Assembly: GCA_023379265.1 (NCBI GenBank)
Contig: JAMCUI010000012.1
Span: forward strand, 27,936 to 91,935
Reading direction: 5' to 3'
DNA: 64,000 nt
From: Patescibacteria group bacterium
GTDB lineage: Bacteria > Patescibacteriota > Microgenomatia > 2-02-FULL-39-11
The notes under the pieces were generated by a model. That model searched no databases and had not been told where the DNA came from. It worked only from the letters and a program-made list of their open reading frames with translations. Shown one piece after another: positions 29,526 to 39,820 of this stretch (the first letter of the stretch is position 1; each line of letters begins with the position of its first letter). A program made the translations under genes and the position numbers.

Positions 29526-30953
29526 ATGTATAGAAAGGAAAAACGCATACCCACCATTTTGGCTCTTTTCATACTTTTTGCCGGAATCGGCAGTACTCTC
29601 TTTTTTGATAGATCAGCTCACACATTTACCTCTTCGGCCAAAAATCCAATTATTCCCCAAGAGGTACATATAAGCAATATTTCAGAAAATTCTTTTACTG
29701 TCTCATGGCTTACTTCTACTCCGGTTACCGCCATAGCAAAAATCACCGGGAATAGCATCCCAACAATAACTCTTATAGATGACCTTGACAATGACAACAT
29801 ACAAAGACCAAGGACAACCCACTATATTACTTTCAGAAACCTCAATCCCGATACGGCATATACAGTCCAGATATTTGATAACAATACTAACTGTCCAAAC
29901 AGCATTTACTGCCCGACAATAAAACTGAAAACTGGGACCAAGCTCCCAACCGCCCCTTCTCTACCTCCGGCAAAAGGAAAAATTATCGACATTACGGGAA
30001 AAGCGGCTGATGGAGCAATCGTCTATCTTACTCTTGGAAAGAGTGCGCTTTTATCCGGCAGAAGTGACAGTTTGGGACTTTGGGTCATACCTCTGAACAA
30101 CATCAGAAACCAAGACCTTTTAAGCCACATAGAAATTGCAGATACCGACCTACTGCAAATTTCAGCATACGTTGCACCACAGCAGACAACCTCAGGCGTA
30201 GTCGATGTCCTTTCAATAAGACAAAACCTACAAATACCGGACATGATTGTGGGAAACAATTATAATTTTATTAACCTTATCAGTAAAAGAGATCTACTGG
30301 CACAAATAAATGACCAGAAAATTCTTGGCGCACAAACAAAAGCAAATAGTGAAAAAATTTCAGGTTCTTCAGTGGGCGCAGATAGTATCGGTGGCTATAA
30401 CCTGATTTTCCCCTCTTCAAACGGAGATTACACAAGTGATACACAACCAAGATTTAGAGGGATTGGACCTAAAGGAAAGCAAATCTTAGTTACTGTCCGC
30501 TCATCACCCCAATCAGCCAAAGTGACTGTGGACCAAAACGGCAACTGGTATTGGCGGCCATCCCAGGCGCTTTCCCCTGGAACCCACTACATCAGTATCC
30601 AGGGATATGATGACTATGGCAATCCGGTAAAGATTACAAGGGAATTTATAGTCTTTAAGAGTGGAGAACAAGTCTTGGGGGAAGCTACAGCTTCTGCCAC
30701 TCTAACTCCTTCTCCCACTTCTACTCCAACTCCGGTTCCAACAAACATTCCACCTTTACCCACTAACACACCAGCGCCAACACCCATAAACTCGCCAATA
30801 CCCAGCCCGACATCTGCTCCGACAATCGCTTATATTTCACCTACCCTTGCACAAAATCCTCCGCGTACTGGATCATACCAAGCCACCGTAGCTTTATTGG
30901 GAGGAGGGGCTGCCCTTCTTCTTGCAGGCATCAAACTCTTTACTTCTCTGTAA
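29526..30953 (+). CDS. Cell-surface protein with N-terminal anchor, fibronectin-III domain, Ig-like domain, PT-rich linker and a C-terminal sorting-signal-like tail.
   Basis: FN3 hallmarks NISENSFTVSWL...YTVQI and a PTPxP linker. C-terminus NPPRTGSYQATVALLGGGAALLLAGIKLFTSL is motif, hydrophobic segment, then a Lys. Confidence 0.5.
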   Translation: MYRKEKRIPTILALFILFAGIGSTLFFDRSAHTFTSSAKNPIIPQEVHISNISENSFTVSWLTSTPVTAIAKITGNSIPTITLIDDLDNDNIQRPRTTHYITFRNLNPDTAYTVQIFDNNTNCPNSIYCPTIKLKTGTKLPTAPSLPPAKGKIIDITGKAADGAIVYLTLGKSALLSGRSDSLGLWVIPLNNIRNQDLLSHIEIADTDLLQISAYVAPQQTTSGVVDVLSIRQNLQIPDMIVGNNYNFINLISKRDLLAQINDQKILGAQTKANSEKISGSSVGADSIGGYNLIFPSSNGDYTSDTQPRFRGIGPKGKQILVTVRSSPQSAKVTVDQNGNWYWRPSQALSPGTHYISIQGYDDYGNPVKITREFIVFKSGEQVLGEATASATLTPSPTSTPTPVPTNIPPLPTNTPAPTPINSPIPSPTSAPTIAYISPTLAQNPPRTGSYQATVALLGGGAALLLAGIKLFTSL

Positions 30954-31014
30954 ACAAATTTGCTGGAGGAGGGGCTGCCCTTCTTCTTGCAGGCATCAAA
31001 CTCTTTACTTCTCT
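30901..31014. repeat. Direct repeat: the last 49 nt of the surface-protein gene are duplicated 65 bp downstream, each copy followed by a stop codon.
   Basis: gaggaggggctgcccttcttcttgcaggcatcaaactctttacttctct occurs at 30901-30949 and 30966-31014. Confidence 0.85.
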
Positions 31015-31019
31015 ATAAT

Positions 31020-32129
31020 TTAGGGGATAATTTTGCAATTTGGATCCTGCATTTGGCACAAGATAAACTTATGTATCTCGTCAAAATTGCCAGTCCTTGG
31101 CGCCAACACCCATCTCCCATCATACTGCCAGTCAGGAGGATTTACTAAAAATCCTTTCCTTCTGTTGGGAGCGTTTGATAAAATATCGCCTGCATCCAAA
31201 ACCACTTTTCGCAAGGAACCATCTTTTAGTGTGGCAAAAAACCTTGCCATCTGTATCTTTTCCGACAGATTCATATCGGTAAGGACAGTCTTATTGAAAG
31301 CATCTATTACCTCCACGACCCGACGGGGATCAGTCCAAAACGAAGGCTTCATCACCTTGTCTTTTATTGCCAGTATTACTTTCTGTTGCCTCTGGTCTCT
31401 GGCAAAATCAGTTCCCTCCTCCCCTTGCGCATGCCTACTCCGGACAAATTTTAATGCTGTTGTACCATCCATATGTTGTAGACCGGTGTTAAAATGCACC
31501 GTCTCATATCTACAGGCAAATGTCGGGTCACCGACGCAAGTGTCATTTTCTTTACCGGCAATAGGATACATCGTATCGGTAAAAGCTGTAGACACGTTTA
31601 TATCGACTCCGTCCAAAAGATCAATCAGCCTCTCAAACCCCGAAAAATCGACAAGCACGGCATAATGTACCGGTTGGCCTACCACTTCTTCAATAGCCGA
31701 CTTTGCGAGTATAAAACCTCCTCCTTTTTCCTTTGCCTCCCCATAGTGATAAGCAGCATTTATCTTATCCTTCAGGCTATCAAGCCAAATATCCCTGGGA
31801 ATTGATACCATAAGTGCATCATGTTTTTGGAAATCAACACTGAGAAACATCATGGTATCGGTCAGATCAGCCCCTTCATGATTGCCACCACCGATTCCCA
31901 AAACAGCAATGTTTGTCCTGCCCTGATATGATTTCAGATTTGGCGTGGTATTAAATACGATACTTGATAAAAGGGACGGCGACAGATTATTGGCCGCGGC
32001 AAACTGATACGCCGGAAAATATATTTTAACGAGGAATAATGCTACCGCCAAAACAAAAATAGCCCCCAGTATAGAGGCTCTCAGAACCGGCAGATATTTT
32101 TGAATCCTTCTCTTAAAGTGATGAAGCAT
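31020..32129 (-). CDS. LytR-CpsA-Psr (LCP) family cell-wall polymer phosphotransferase.
   Basis: N-terminal TM segment. NIAVLGIGGG...TDTMMFLSVD and SIPRDIWL match LCP motifs, with RSRH downstream. Confidence 0.8.
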   Translation of the reverse strand: MLHHFKRRIQKYLPVLRASILGAIFVLAVALFLVKIYFPAYQFAAANNLSPSLLSSIVFNTTPNLKSYQGRTNIAVLGIGGGNHEGADLTDTMMFLSVDFQKHDALMVSIPRDIWLDSLKDKINAAYHYGEAKEKGGGFILAKSAIEEVVGQPVHYAVLVDFSGFERLIDLLDGVDINVSTAFTDTMYPIAGKENDTCVGDPTFACRYETVHFNTGLQHMDGTTALKFVRSRHAQGEEGTDFARDQRQQKVILAIKDKVMKPSFWTDPRRVVEVIDAFNKTVLTDMNLSEKIQMARFFATLKDGSLRKVVLDAGDILSNAPNRRKGFLVNPPDWQYDGRWVLAPRTGNFDEIHKFILCQMQDPNCKIIP

Positions 32130-32793
32130 TGAGAACTATGTCAAAGAAACTTTGTGGATCAAGACTGGAACCACCTGGCAGTACTCCATCGATGCTGCCA
32201 AGTGACAAAAAACTGTTAACATTCTCTGCTTTAACGCTTCCACCATAAATTACCGATTTACCTGGATTCTTTTTTTTAATATATTCTGCAACTTCACCTG
32301 CTTTTTGCGGACTCTCAGTCTTGCCAGTACCTATGGCCCAAACCGGCTCATAGGCCACAATATCAGCCTCAACTGGGACTGGAGTTTCCGGCCCTGGAAT
32401 GCAAAAAACTGTAGTTAAACTTGCGCTTTTGGCTCTTTTGGCTTTCTCAGAAAGAATATTATCTGTTTCTCCAAATTTTTCCCTTCTCTCCGAGTGACCT
32501 ATAATGGCATACTGCGCAAACTCTTTTGCCATATTGGCCGTCACTTCTCCCGTAAACGCTCCTTCAACAAATGGTGAAATATTCTGAACTCCCAGACTCA
32601 AAGGCAAACCATACTTATCTCTTAACTCTTTTGCCAACGGCAGAAGTATAAAGGGAGGACAAATTACCAGTGTCAGGTTTGCGGTAGAGATGGTCTCTTT
32701 TTGTTTGGAGTAAATATTGGTAAATTTGGCAAACCAATCTCGCGTCTCCACTATATTCTTATTAGATTTCCAATTACCGATAATGTATTTCAT
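32113..32793 (-). CDS. tpiA: Triosephosphate isomerase.
   Basis: GNWKSN start, IIGHSERR, AYEPVWAIGTGKT, and an IIYGGSV-type C-terminus. Confidence 0.8.
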   Translation of the reverse strand: MKYIIGNWKSNKNIVETRDWFAKFTNIYSKQKETISTANLTLVICPPFILLPLAKELRDKYGLPLSLGVQNISPFVEGAFTGEVTANMAKEFAQYAIIGHSERREKFGETDNILSEKAKRAKSASLTTVFCIPGPETPVPVEADIVAYEPVWAIGTGKTESPQKAGEVAEYIKKKNPGKSVIYGGSVKAENVNSFLSLGSIDGVLPGGSSLDPQSFFDIVLNASSL

Positions 32794-32924
32794 AAATCAG
32801 ATTTGAAGAAAAATTATGTTATTATAGTCTATTGTAACATTAGGGATAAATATCATAAATAGCGCAAATCTCAGTTATTACGACAGGAATTAAAAACGGA
32901 GATCATTTACTTCCTTAATTTAAC

Positions 32925-34769
32925 ATGACAGACGGCACACTTCTAAATTCCTTAAATCCAGCCCAAAAAAAAGCCGTTCTTGCAACTGACGGCCCGATAC
33001 TGATTTTGGCCGGTGCAGGATCCGGAAAGACCAGAGTACTTACATATAAAGTGGCTTATCTGATTTTGGAAAAAGAAATACCGGCCGGAAATATACTCAT
33101 GGTAACATTCACCAATAAAGCTGCAGGGGAAATGAAGGATAGAATTACGTCACTTCTGAAAAAATCCGACGATCGACATGTATCCGATCTGCCGTTTGCC
33201 GGCACTTTCCATTCACTATGCGCCAGGATACTCAGGCGTCATGGCAGGGCAATCGGCATCACTCCCGATTTTCTCATCTACGACAGCCAAGACACGAAAG
33301 ATGCTATAAAGGAAGTCCTTGAGAACTTGGGTTTGGACCAAAAAAGGTTCCATCCTCCAGCTGTAACTTCTAACATCTCCCAAGCCAAAAACGAACTTAT
33401 TTCCGCCATTGAATACCAACAAATTGCCCGGGGTTATTTCCAGGAAAATATCGTTAAAGTTTATATCGAATACCAGAAACTTCTACGAGAAAGTAATGCC
33501 TTGGACTTTGACGATCTGCTTTTTTTCACAGTAGAGCTTTTCCGCAAAGATAAAGAGACGGCCGGATATTACCAAAATTTATTCAAATATGTCCTGGTTG
33601 ACGAATACCAGGATACCAACCATGCCCAGTATGAATTGACCCGACTTTTAAGTAAAAGGTGGAGAAATATATGTGTAGTAGGGGATGCTTCCCAAAGCAT
33701 CTATGCATGGAGGGGAGCGGATTTCAGGAATATATTGCGCTTCAAGGAAGATTTCCCTGACTGCAAAGTATTTCATCTTGAGCAAAACTACCGTTCCACA
33801 CAGACGATACTTTCAGCTGCTTATTCTATCGTCTCACGGAATAATTCACACCCCATCCTAAAATTATGGACAGAGAAAAGTGGCGGCGAGCTCATCACTT
33901 CATTTCAAGCAAGAAACGAACAGGAGGAGGCTCTTTTTGTCATAGGAAAAATTACCGAGTCAAAATATAAAAACAGTCATTTGCACTTCTCAGACTTTGC
34001 CGTACTTTACCGGACTAATGCCCAAAGCCGAGTTCTCGAGGAAGCACTTCTCCATACCGGACTCCCGTATATACTGGTGGGCGGGGTCAGATTTTATGAA
34101 CGGAAAGAAATAAAAGATGTCCTCTCATATTTGAGACTTTTGATAAACCCAAAAGACAGTATTTCTTACAGGAGGATAGAAAAACTGGGCAAAAAGAAAA
34201 TGGCAAGGTTTATGGATTTTGCCGGGAATTTCAGAAGTGAAATAAAAAAAAACAATCTCTCTTCACTTGAAGTGATGGATAAGGCTCTGCAGGAGTCATC
34301 CTATCTTGACCTTTATGATAAAAACAACGAGGAAGATCTCTACCGTTTGGAAAATATAAAAGAATTGCGCTCAGTTGCCTCTCAATTCCCAAATTTGAAT
34401 AATTTTCTGGAAAATGTGGCGCTTGTCGAGCAGGAATATTTGCCGGATCGCCCAGCCAATGACAACAAAAAGGATGCCATAACTCTTATGACGCTTCACG
34501 CAGCCAAAGGTTTGGAATTCCGCAATATATTCATGGTTGGCATGGAAGAAGGCCTTTTCCCACATGCCAGATCGATAATGGAGCCGATGGAACTGGAGGA
34601 AGAAAGAAGACTCTGCTATGTGGGGATTACCCGCGCCATGGACAAGCTTTATCTTACTTATACTTCAAGAAGGCTATATTTTGGCCAAAGGTCAACCAAC
34701 CCCGTCTCCCGCTTTTTATTGGATATTCCCCAGGATTTGGTACAACAATCAACGGAACAGGTAATTTAA
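32925..34769 (+). CDS. pcrA: UvrD/PcrA-type superfamily-1 DNA helicase (compact, 614 aa).
   Basis: Walker A AGAGSGKTRVLT, DEYQDTN (motif II), and the TLHAAKGLEF and VGITRA motifs. Confidence 0.8.
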   Translation: MTDGTLLNSLNPAQKKAVLATDGPILILAGAGSGKTRVLTYKVAYLILEKEIPAGNILMVTFTNKAAGEMKDRITSLLKKSDDRHVSDLPFAGTFHSLCARILRRHGRAIGITPDFLIYDSQDTKDAIKEVLENLGLDQKRFHPPAVTSNISQAKNELISAIEYQQIARGYFQENIVKVYIEYQKLLRESNALDFDDLLFFTVELFRKDKETAGYYQNLFKYVLVDEYQDTNHAQYELTRLLSKRWRNICVVGDASQSIYAWRGADFRNILRFKEDFPDCKVFHLEQNYRSTQTILSAAYSIVSRNNSHPILKLWTEKSGGELITSFQARNEQEEALFVIGKITESKYKNSHLHFSDFAVLYRTNAQSRVLEEALLHTGLPYILVGGVRFYERKEIKDVLSYLRLLINPKDSISYRRIEKLGKKKMARFMDFAGNFRSEIKKNNLSSLEVMDKALQESSYLDLYDKNNEEDLYRLENIKELRSVASQFPNLNNFLENVALVEQEYLPDRPANDNKKDAITLMTLHAAKGLEFRNIFMVGMEEGLFPHARSIMEPMELEEERRLCYVGITRAMDKLYLTYTSRRLYFGQRSTNPVSRFLLDIPQDLVQQSTEQVI

Positions 34770-34815
34770 CAATATATTTTTCGAAGGTTGCATACAGAAT
34801 GTTTACTCCAACTTT

Positions 34816-35298
34816 TTACTGACAACTTACTACTTTTTCCAATCCGGCATTGTAGGTATAATTTTTCTCGCTTGCCTGAAGTACTATAACATACCCAGGA
34901 GTAACCACCTGGGAATACATCTGGTTTCTTTTAGGACAACCCATACTGGTATCGCTCCAATCTTTTTGCGTTATACTGATCACTTGGATATCACTGACAG
35001 ACATATCAAGCTTTTTAGCCAAATCAGCTTTTGCTATACCGGTATAAGTATCCTGCTGCTTCAGGTCACCCCCATATGGGACAATATCTGCCGGAGTGGG
35101 TGTAGGAATTGGAGTTGAGGTTGGCACTGCACCCAGCAATACTTTCGCAGCCGTTATAACACCGCCTCCGGAAACCGCATTCAGAATGACTACTGCCACC
35201 AAAATAACTCCTGCAATAATCCATTTGGACCTCAATACCGATTTTGGTTTCCTTCTGACTAATCTTCTTACCACTTTCTTTTTGATTTTGGTTTTCAT
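34816..35298 (-). CDS. Membrane-anchored hypothetical protein (basic N-terminus, TM segment, PT linker, small C-terminal domain with 2 Cys).
   Basis: Complete ORF with TM segment WIIAGVILVAVVIL. Confidence 0.35.
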   Translation of the reverse strand: MKTKIKKKVVRRLVRRKPKSVLRSKWIIAGVILVAVVILNAVSGGGVITAAKVLLGAVPTSTPIPTPTPADIVPYGGDLKQQDTYTGIAKADLAKKLDMSVSDIQVISITQKDWSDTSMGCPKRNQMYSQVVTPGYVIVLQASEKNYTYNAGLEKVVSCQ

Positions 35299-35380
35299 GC
35301 TTGAAATTTAAGTATATATCACTACCAATTATTCATATAATAACATAAAATAACATTTGTGAAGTACCCCTCATAAATAT

Positions 35381-36409
35381 ATGGATATAAAGTCAGTTTC
35401 CGAAAAAGACAGAATTGTATTTGACAAACTGGCCACCCACCCTCTGCAGTCATGGGAATGGGGGGAATTTCGCAAAAAAACAGGAATTGACGTAGTGAGA
35501 TTAGGCAGATTTGACAATGATAAACTTGTAGAGACAGCCCAGATCACTTTCCACAAGCTTCCATTTACTTCCTATACCATAGGCTATCTGCCAAAATGCG
35601 GCCTAATAAGTCCTGAAATGCTTATGAGATTGGTTGCACTTGGTAAAGAAAAAGACTGTATCTTCATCAAATTTGAGCCGAATATAGAGAAAAATAATTG
35701 GGAATTGTCCCATCTCAGTGGAAGGACGCATGTACTTCCCTCACCCCACCCGCTTTTTACTAAGTACACTTTCCAACTTGATATCTCAAAATCTGAAAAA
35801 GAACTTTTGTCTGTTATGCATCCCAAAACCAGATACAACATCAAGGTTGCCCAAAAACACAGTGTAACCGTGACGGAAGATAACTCAGAAGATGCTTTCA
35901 AGAAGTACCTGGAACTTACTTTTGAAACAACCAGAAGGCAAAAATTCTATGCTCATAGCCAACGTTATCATACTCTCATGTGGGAGACGCTATACCCCTG
36001 TGGCATCGCCCATCTTTTGACCGCTAGTTTTGAAGATGTGGGCCATAAACATATTCTTGTGACGTGGGTTCTTTTTCTTTTCAATAAAGTTATTTACTAT
36101 CCCTACGGCGCCTCAAGCGACAGCTTCCGAAACGTCATGGCCTCAAATCTTATGATGTGGGAAGCAATAAGATGGGGTAAAAAAATGGGCGCAAAGAAAT
36201 TTGACATGTGGGGCGCATTAGGTCCAAACCCCTCTCCCAATGAGTCATGGTATGGATTCCACCGGTTCAAACAGGGATACGGGGCAACACTGGTAGAATT
36301 TGCGGGAAGTTTTGATATTGTGATACAACCGGCAGCATATAAAATCTTCAACCTTTTGCATACCGGCCGGGAAATTTTTCTGAAAATAAAAAGTAACTTC
36401 CGCAGCTAA
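35381..36409 (+). CDS. FemABX-family peptidoglycan bridge-forming aminoacyltransferase-like protein.
   Basis: Tandem GNAT-like halves, LQSWEWGEFRKKTG near the N-terminus, and a C-terminal region matching Fem-family proteins. Confidence 0.55.
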   Translation: MDIKSVSEKDRIVFDKLATHPLQSWEWGEFRKKTGIDVVRLGRFDNDKLVETAQITFHKLPFTSYTIGYLPKCGLISPEMLMRLVALGKEKDCIFIKFEPNIEKNNWELSHLSGRTHVLPSPHPLFTKYTFQLDISKSEKELLSVMHPKTRYNIKVAQKHSVTVTEDNSEDAFKKYLELTFETTRRQKFYAHSQRYHTLMWETLYPCGIAHLLTASFEDVGHKHILVTWVLFLFNKVIYYPYGASSDSFRNVMASNLMMWEAIRWGKKMGAKKFDMWGALGPNPSPNESWYGFHRFKQGYGATLVEFAGSFDIVIQPAAYKIFNLLHTGREIFLKIKSNFRS

Positions 36410-36428
36410 CTGAAAAAAATTTCCGTCT

Positions 36429-38099
36429 ATGATTACCTACTTTAACATCCGAAGACATGTCAATCTGTTTTTGGTTTCGGCTGTCGTTTTTCTATGCATT
36501 GCCACATATATTAACATCCTGCCAAATAAGCTTTTTTTTGACGATGAAGAACTGATATACAAGAACTACTATGTGCAAAACCTGAGATACTTACCCCAAT
36601 ACTTTACCCAAAATATGATTGCCGGTGCCGGCAAGATAAGCAATATGTATCGGCCTATCCTTCTTACTTCTTTCGCCGCAGACTATGCAGTATGGAAAGA
36701 TAGTCCTTTTGGTTTTCATCTAACCAGTATAGTTCTCCATTCTATAAATGCTGTTTTCATTTTTTTTCTTATTCTGAAATTGTTTGGCAACAAATTTATC
36801 GCATTTTTTTCCTCACTTTTTTTTGCGGTACACCCGGCACTTTCCGAAGCAGTCATCTATGCCTCAGGCAGGACCGACCCATTATATGCGTTCTTTATGC
36901 TCTGCAGCCTCCTATTCTTTATCTCCTGCCTGGAAAAGAAAAAAAACGGATGGATAAGATATACCGTTTCAATCCTTTTTTTTATTCTGTCGCTTCTGTC
37001 AAAGGAAACAGCCATAGTGTTTCCCCTTATTCTTCCGCTAGTTATCATCGCTTTCCTACATACCAAAAATATTAAAGAGCTAAATAACAAAAAAATACGC
37101 TTGGTAAAACTAAAGGTTAACAATCTTAATGTTTTACTTAAAACAGCTCTACTGTCCCTCCCTTTCTTTACCATCAGTTTTATTTACTTTATTTTGCGGT
37201 TAACAATCCTCAATTTTGCTGACACATTAAATTTTTATCAGAATAATGCCGGTACAACTGGCACGTCTGTGGCTTTTTTATACAGCCAAAATCTTCCAGT
37301 ACGTCTCTATACTTTCTCCAAAGTTTTTTTTGATTATGTCAGTCTTATATTTTTCCCCAACTATCTTGCCATTGCCAGAACTCCCCAAATAATTACGACA
37401 ATTCTCAACCATTGGGTTATCCTGTTTATTTTTGCCATCATTATTTTTGTTATCGCCGCAAGACACAATTGGCCCAAAAACGGTATTATCGCTTTTGCTC
37501 TTTTGTGGTTTTTCATCCTTATTCTGCCTGTTTCAGGCATCATACCCATAAATAATATTGAATCTGAACATTATCTTTATCTACCCTCATTATCTTTTTT
37601 TGTCATCATCTCCTATTTCGTCTATTTTATATGGCAAAAGGTAAAATCTTCTGAAATAAAAACAGCTTTTGCGATGCTTCTTATTATTATCACTCTTCTA
37701 CTATCCCTGCGGACAGTCATCCGGACTTTTGATTGGCGGGATCCAATCACTTTTTACAACATCGCCCTTTCCCAATCTCCCGGCAACCTGCCTATGCACA
37801 ACAATCTGGCAATGGCTTATGAGGAAACAGGCAATATCAGTCTGGCAATTGAGCAGTATAAAAATATTATTGCCGTGGGAGATTTTTATCCCAACATCCA
37901 CCACAACCTGGCCAATGCTTATGTAAAGCAGGGTGAATATAAGAAGGCTGAAACTGAGTATAAAAAGGCGCTTTCAATGGATCCGAAATTCTACTTCAGT
38001 TACTATGGATTACTTGATCTTTACCAGAAAACGGGTAATGCTTCAAAAGCGGCTGAAATGAAATCCGTTATTGACCGACTGCAAAAGGGACAGCAATAA
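36429..38099 (+). CDS. GT-C-fold membrane glycosyltransferase with C-terminal TPR repeats (PMT/TMTC/ArnT-like).
   Basis: N-terminal acidic loop FFDDEELIYKNYY (DE motif), then ~11 TM helices. Four TPR-like repeats lie at the C-terminus (NLAMAYEETGNISLAIEQY..., NLANAYVKQGEYKKAETEYKKAL...). Confidence 0.6.
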   Translation: MITYFNIRRHVNLFLVSAVVFLCIATYINILPNKLFFDDEELIYKNYYVQNLRYLPQYFTQNMIAGAGKISNMYRPILLTSFAADYAVWKDSPFGFHLTSIVLHSINAVFIFFLILKLFGNKFIAFFSSLFFAVHPALSEAVIYASGRTDPLYAFFMLCSLLFFISCLEKKKNGWIRYTVSILFFILSLLSKETAIVFPLILPLVIIAFLHTKNIKELNNKKIRLVKLKVNNLNVLLKTALLSLPFFTISFIYFILRLTILNFADTLNFYQNNAGTTGTSVAFLYSQNLPVRLYTFSKVFFDYVSLIFFPNYLAIARTPQIITTILNHWVILFIFAIIIFVIAARHNWPKNGIIAFALLWFFILILPVSGIIPINNIESEHYLYLPSLSFFVIISYFVYFIWQKVKSSEIKTAFAMLLIIITLLLSLRTVIRTFDWRDPITFYNIALSQSPGNLPMHNNLAMAYEETGNISLAIEQYKNIIAVGDFYPNIHHNLANAYVKQGEYKKAETEYKKALSMDPKFYFSYYGLLDLYQKTGNASKAAEMKSVIDRLQKGQQ

Positions 38100-38102
38100 A
38101 TT

Positions 38103-39050
38103 ATGACTGATATTAGACAATCAAAGCTGTTTGCAAATTTCATGAAAGATTTAGGCTGGAAAGCCGAAAAAATACAAAATTCTTACGTATACCTGCGCCG
38201 GTTTCCATTTCTGGGATACTTTGCCAAAATACCCAAAATCACTCCCCCTCTGCCTCTCACCGACATAGACGCATTAAGACTAAAATATAATATCTTCCAG
38301 ATAAAAATCGCACCTGACATCCTTACTGACAACAGGCAATATAAAATACTCCTCAAACAACTAGCAATAAAAAAATTCAAGATGGACATAAGTCCTTTTA
38401 ATCCTACCACAGATATTCGGTTTGATCTGACAATTGATGGAAAAGATATCTTTTCCAATTTTACCGAAGCAAAAAGAAGAGGTGTCAGAAGAGCCATAAA
38501 AAACCACATCACGGTAATCGAGTCAGACGACTATGAATCTTTTATAAAGATCAGGAAAAAGCAATACTCACCAGTCGGTTTTCTTATTGCACCGGAGATG
38601 CACAAACTCTGGAGAAATTTTTACCCCTCCCATGCCTCTTTGCTATTGGCCTACTCAAATACCGATACAAGCACCCACAATGTCTTTTCTGAGATCCCAA
38701 AACAAGTGAAATTTCTTTCGGGAAAAAACAATCCGGAACCGGTAGCCGGCATTCTTTTACTTTTTTATAATAGCGTTGCGTACTATTGGTATGCTTCGGC
38801 ACTAAAAAAAGGTAAGAGACTCTTTGCCCCGACACTTTTGGTTTGGCAAGCGCTCAGGATTTCCCAAAAAAGAGGTTGTAAAGAATTCACTTTTGAGGGA
38901 ATATATGATGAACGGTTTCCCAAGGCAGCCCAATCATGGAAAGGTTTTACCAAATTTAAGGAAGGTTTCGGAGGAAAAAAAGTAGTTTATATGGAAAACT
39001 TTTCCCAAATCCCCAATCCTGTTTTAGGCCTATTACACTTCGTTATGTAG
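38103..39050 (+). CDS. Second FemABX/GNAT-like aminoacyltransferase-family protein.
   Basis: Similar two-lobed GNAT architecture; LLLFYNSVAYYWYASA resembles Fem-family acceptor lobes. Starts 3 nt after the GT-C gene. Confidence 0.45.
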   Translation: MTDIRQSKLFANFMKDLGWKAEKIQNSYVYLRRFPFLGYFAKIPKITPPLPLTDIDALRLKYNIFQIKIAPDILTDNRQYKILLKQLAIKKFKMDISPFNPTTDIRFDLTIDGKDIFSNFTEAKRRGVRRAIKNHITVIESDDYESFIKIRKKQYSPVGFLIAPEMHKLWRNFYPSHASLLLAYSNTDTSTHNVFSEIPKQVKFLSGKNNPEPVAGILLLFYNSVAYYWYASALKKGKRLFAPTLLVWQALRISQKRGCKEFTFEGIYDERFPKAAQSWKGFTKFKEGFGGKKVVYMENFSQIPNPVLGLLHFVM

Positions 39051-39815
39051 TTTTAGCCATTTTGTGTCCATATCCGGAAAGTCAGCAGGAATTTTATCCA
39101 TCAGAGCCCGCAGGCCGAAGACTTCCGTCGCATAATGTCCTCCGGCAATAAGATGGATTCCTGCTTCGCGAAAAAGCTCCCTGTTCCATTCATGCACCTC
39201 ACCGGTGATGTAAAGATCCACTTTTTCGTCTATCAAATCCTGCATTTCAGATGCTCCAGGAGCACCTTTACCGGACAATGCCACAACTTTTTTAACCTTT
39301 TCCGGCCCAAAATCATATATGGTAAGGCGCTTACTCAGATAGGGTCTCAGGTTCCCAATGACATTTTCCAATGTTTGCGATTTCTCAAAGACTCCCATCC
39401 ATCCCCAAGGATATCCATGGAAGAAATATTGTGCTTCTTTTTTTGCACCAATTGTTTCCAGGATTTGGGCATTGTTGCCTACTTGCGGATGGGCGTCAAG
39501 AAGAAAATGGTAACCGAAAAGTGATATGTCGTTTTGCAAAAGATATTCTATCCGGTTTTGGAAAACTTCATCATAGCGGTTTGTCGGTGGCAGATTAAAA
39601 GAATGATGGACAATAATTGCGTCACAATTTTCTTTTTGTGCCAGCTGGAAGAGTCCCAGTGAAGCCGAAACTCCAAAACCTATTTTTTTCACTTCCTCCT
39701 TACCCTTAACCAAAAGTCCATTGGTCATAAATGGATCAATTCTGCCCACCTCAAGCTTTTTGTCAAAAAGCATATAGCTATCAAGAAACTTTTGCAATTG
39801 CGGTAGATAGACCAT
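39033..39815 (-). CDS. Nif3-family (YqfO/YbgI, DUF34) dinuclear-metal protein.
   Basis: DAIIVHHS and IAGGHYATE metal-binding motifs. Confidence 0.75.
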   Translation of the reverse strand: MVYLPQLQKFLDSYMLFDKKLEVGRIDPFMTNGLLVKGKEEVKKIGFGVSASLGLFQLAQKENCDAIIVHHSFNLPPTNRYDEVFQNRIEYLLQNDISLFGYHFLLDAHPQVGNNAQILETIGAKKEAQYFFHGYPWGWMGVFEKSQTLENVIGNLRPYLSKRLTIYDFGPEKVKKVVALSGKGAPGASEMQDLIDEKVDLYITGEVHEWNRELFREAGIHLIAGGHYATEVFGLRALMDKIPADFPDMDTKWLKLHNEV

Positions 39816-39820
39816 AATAT

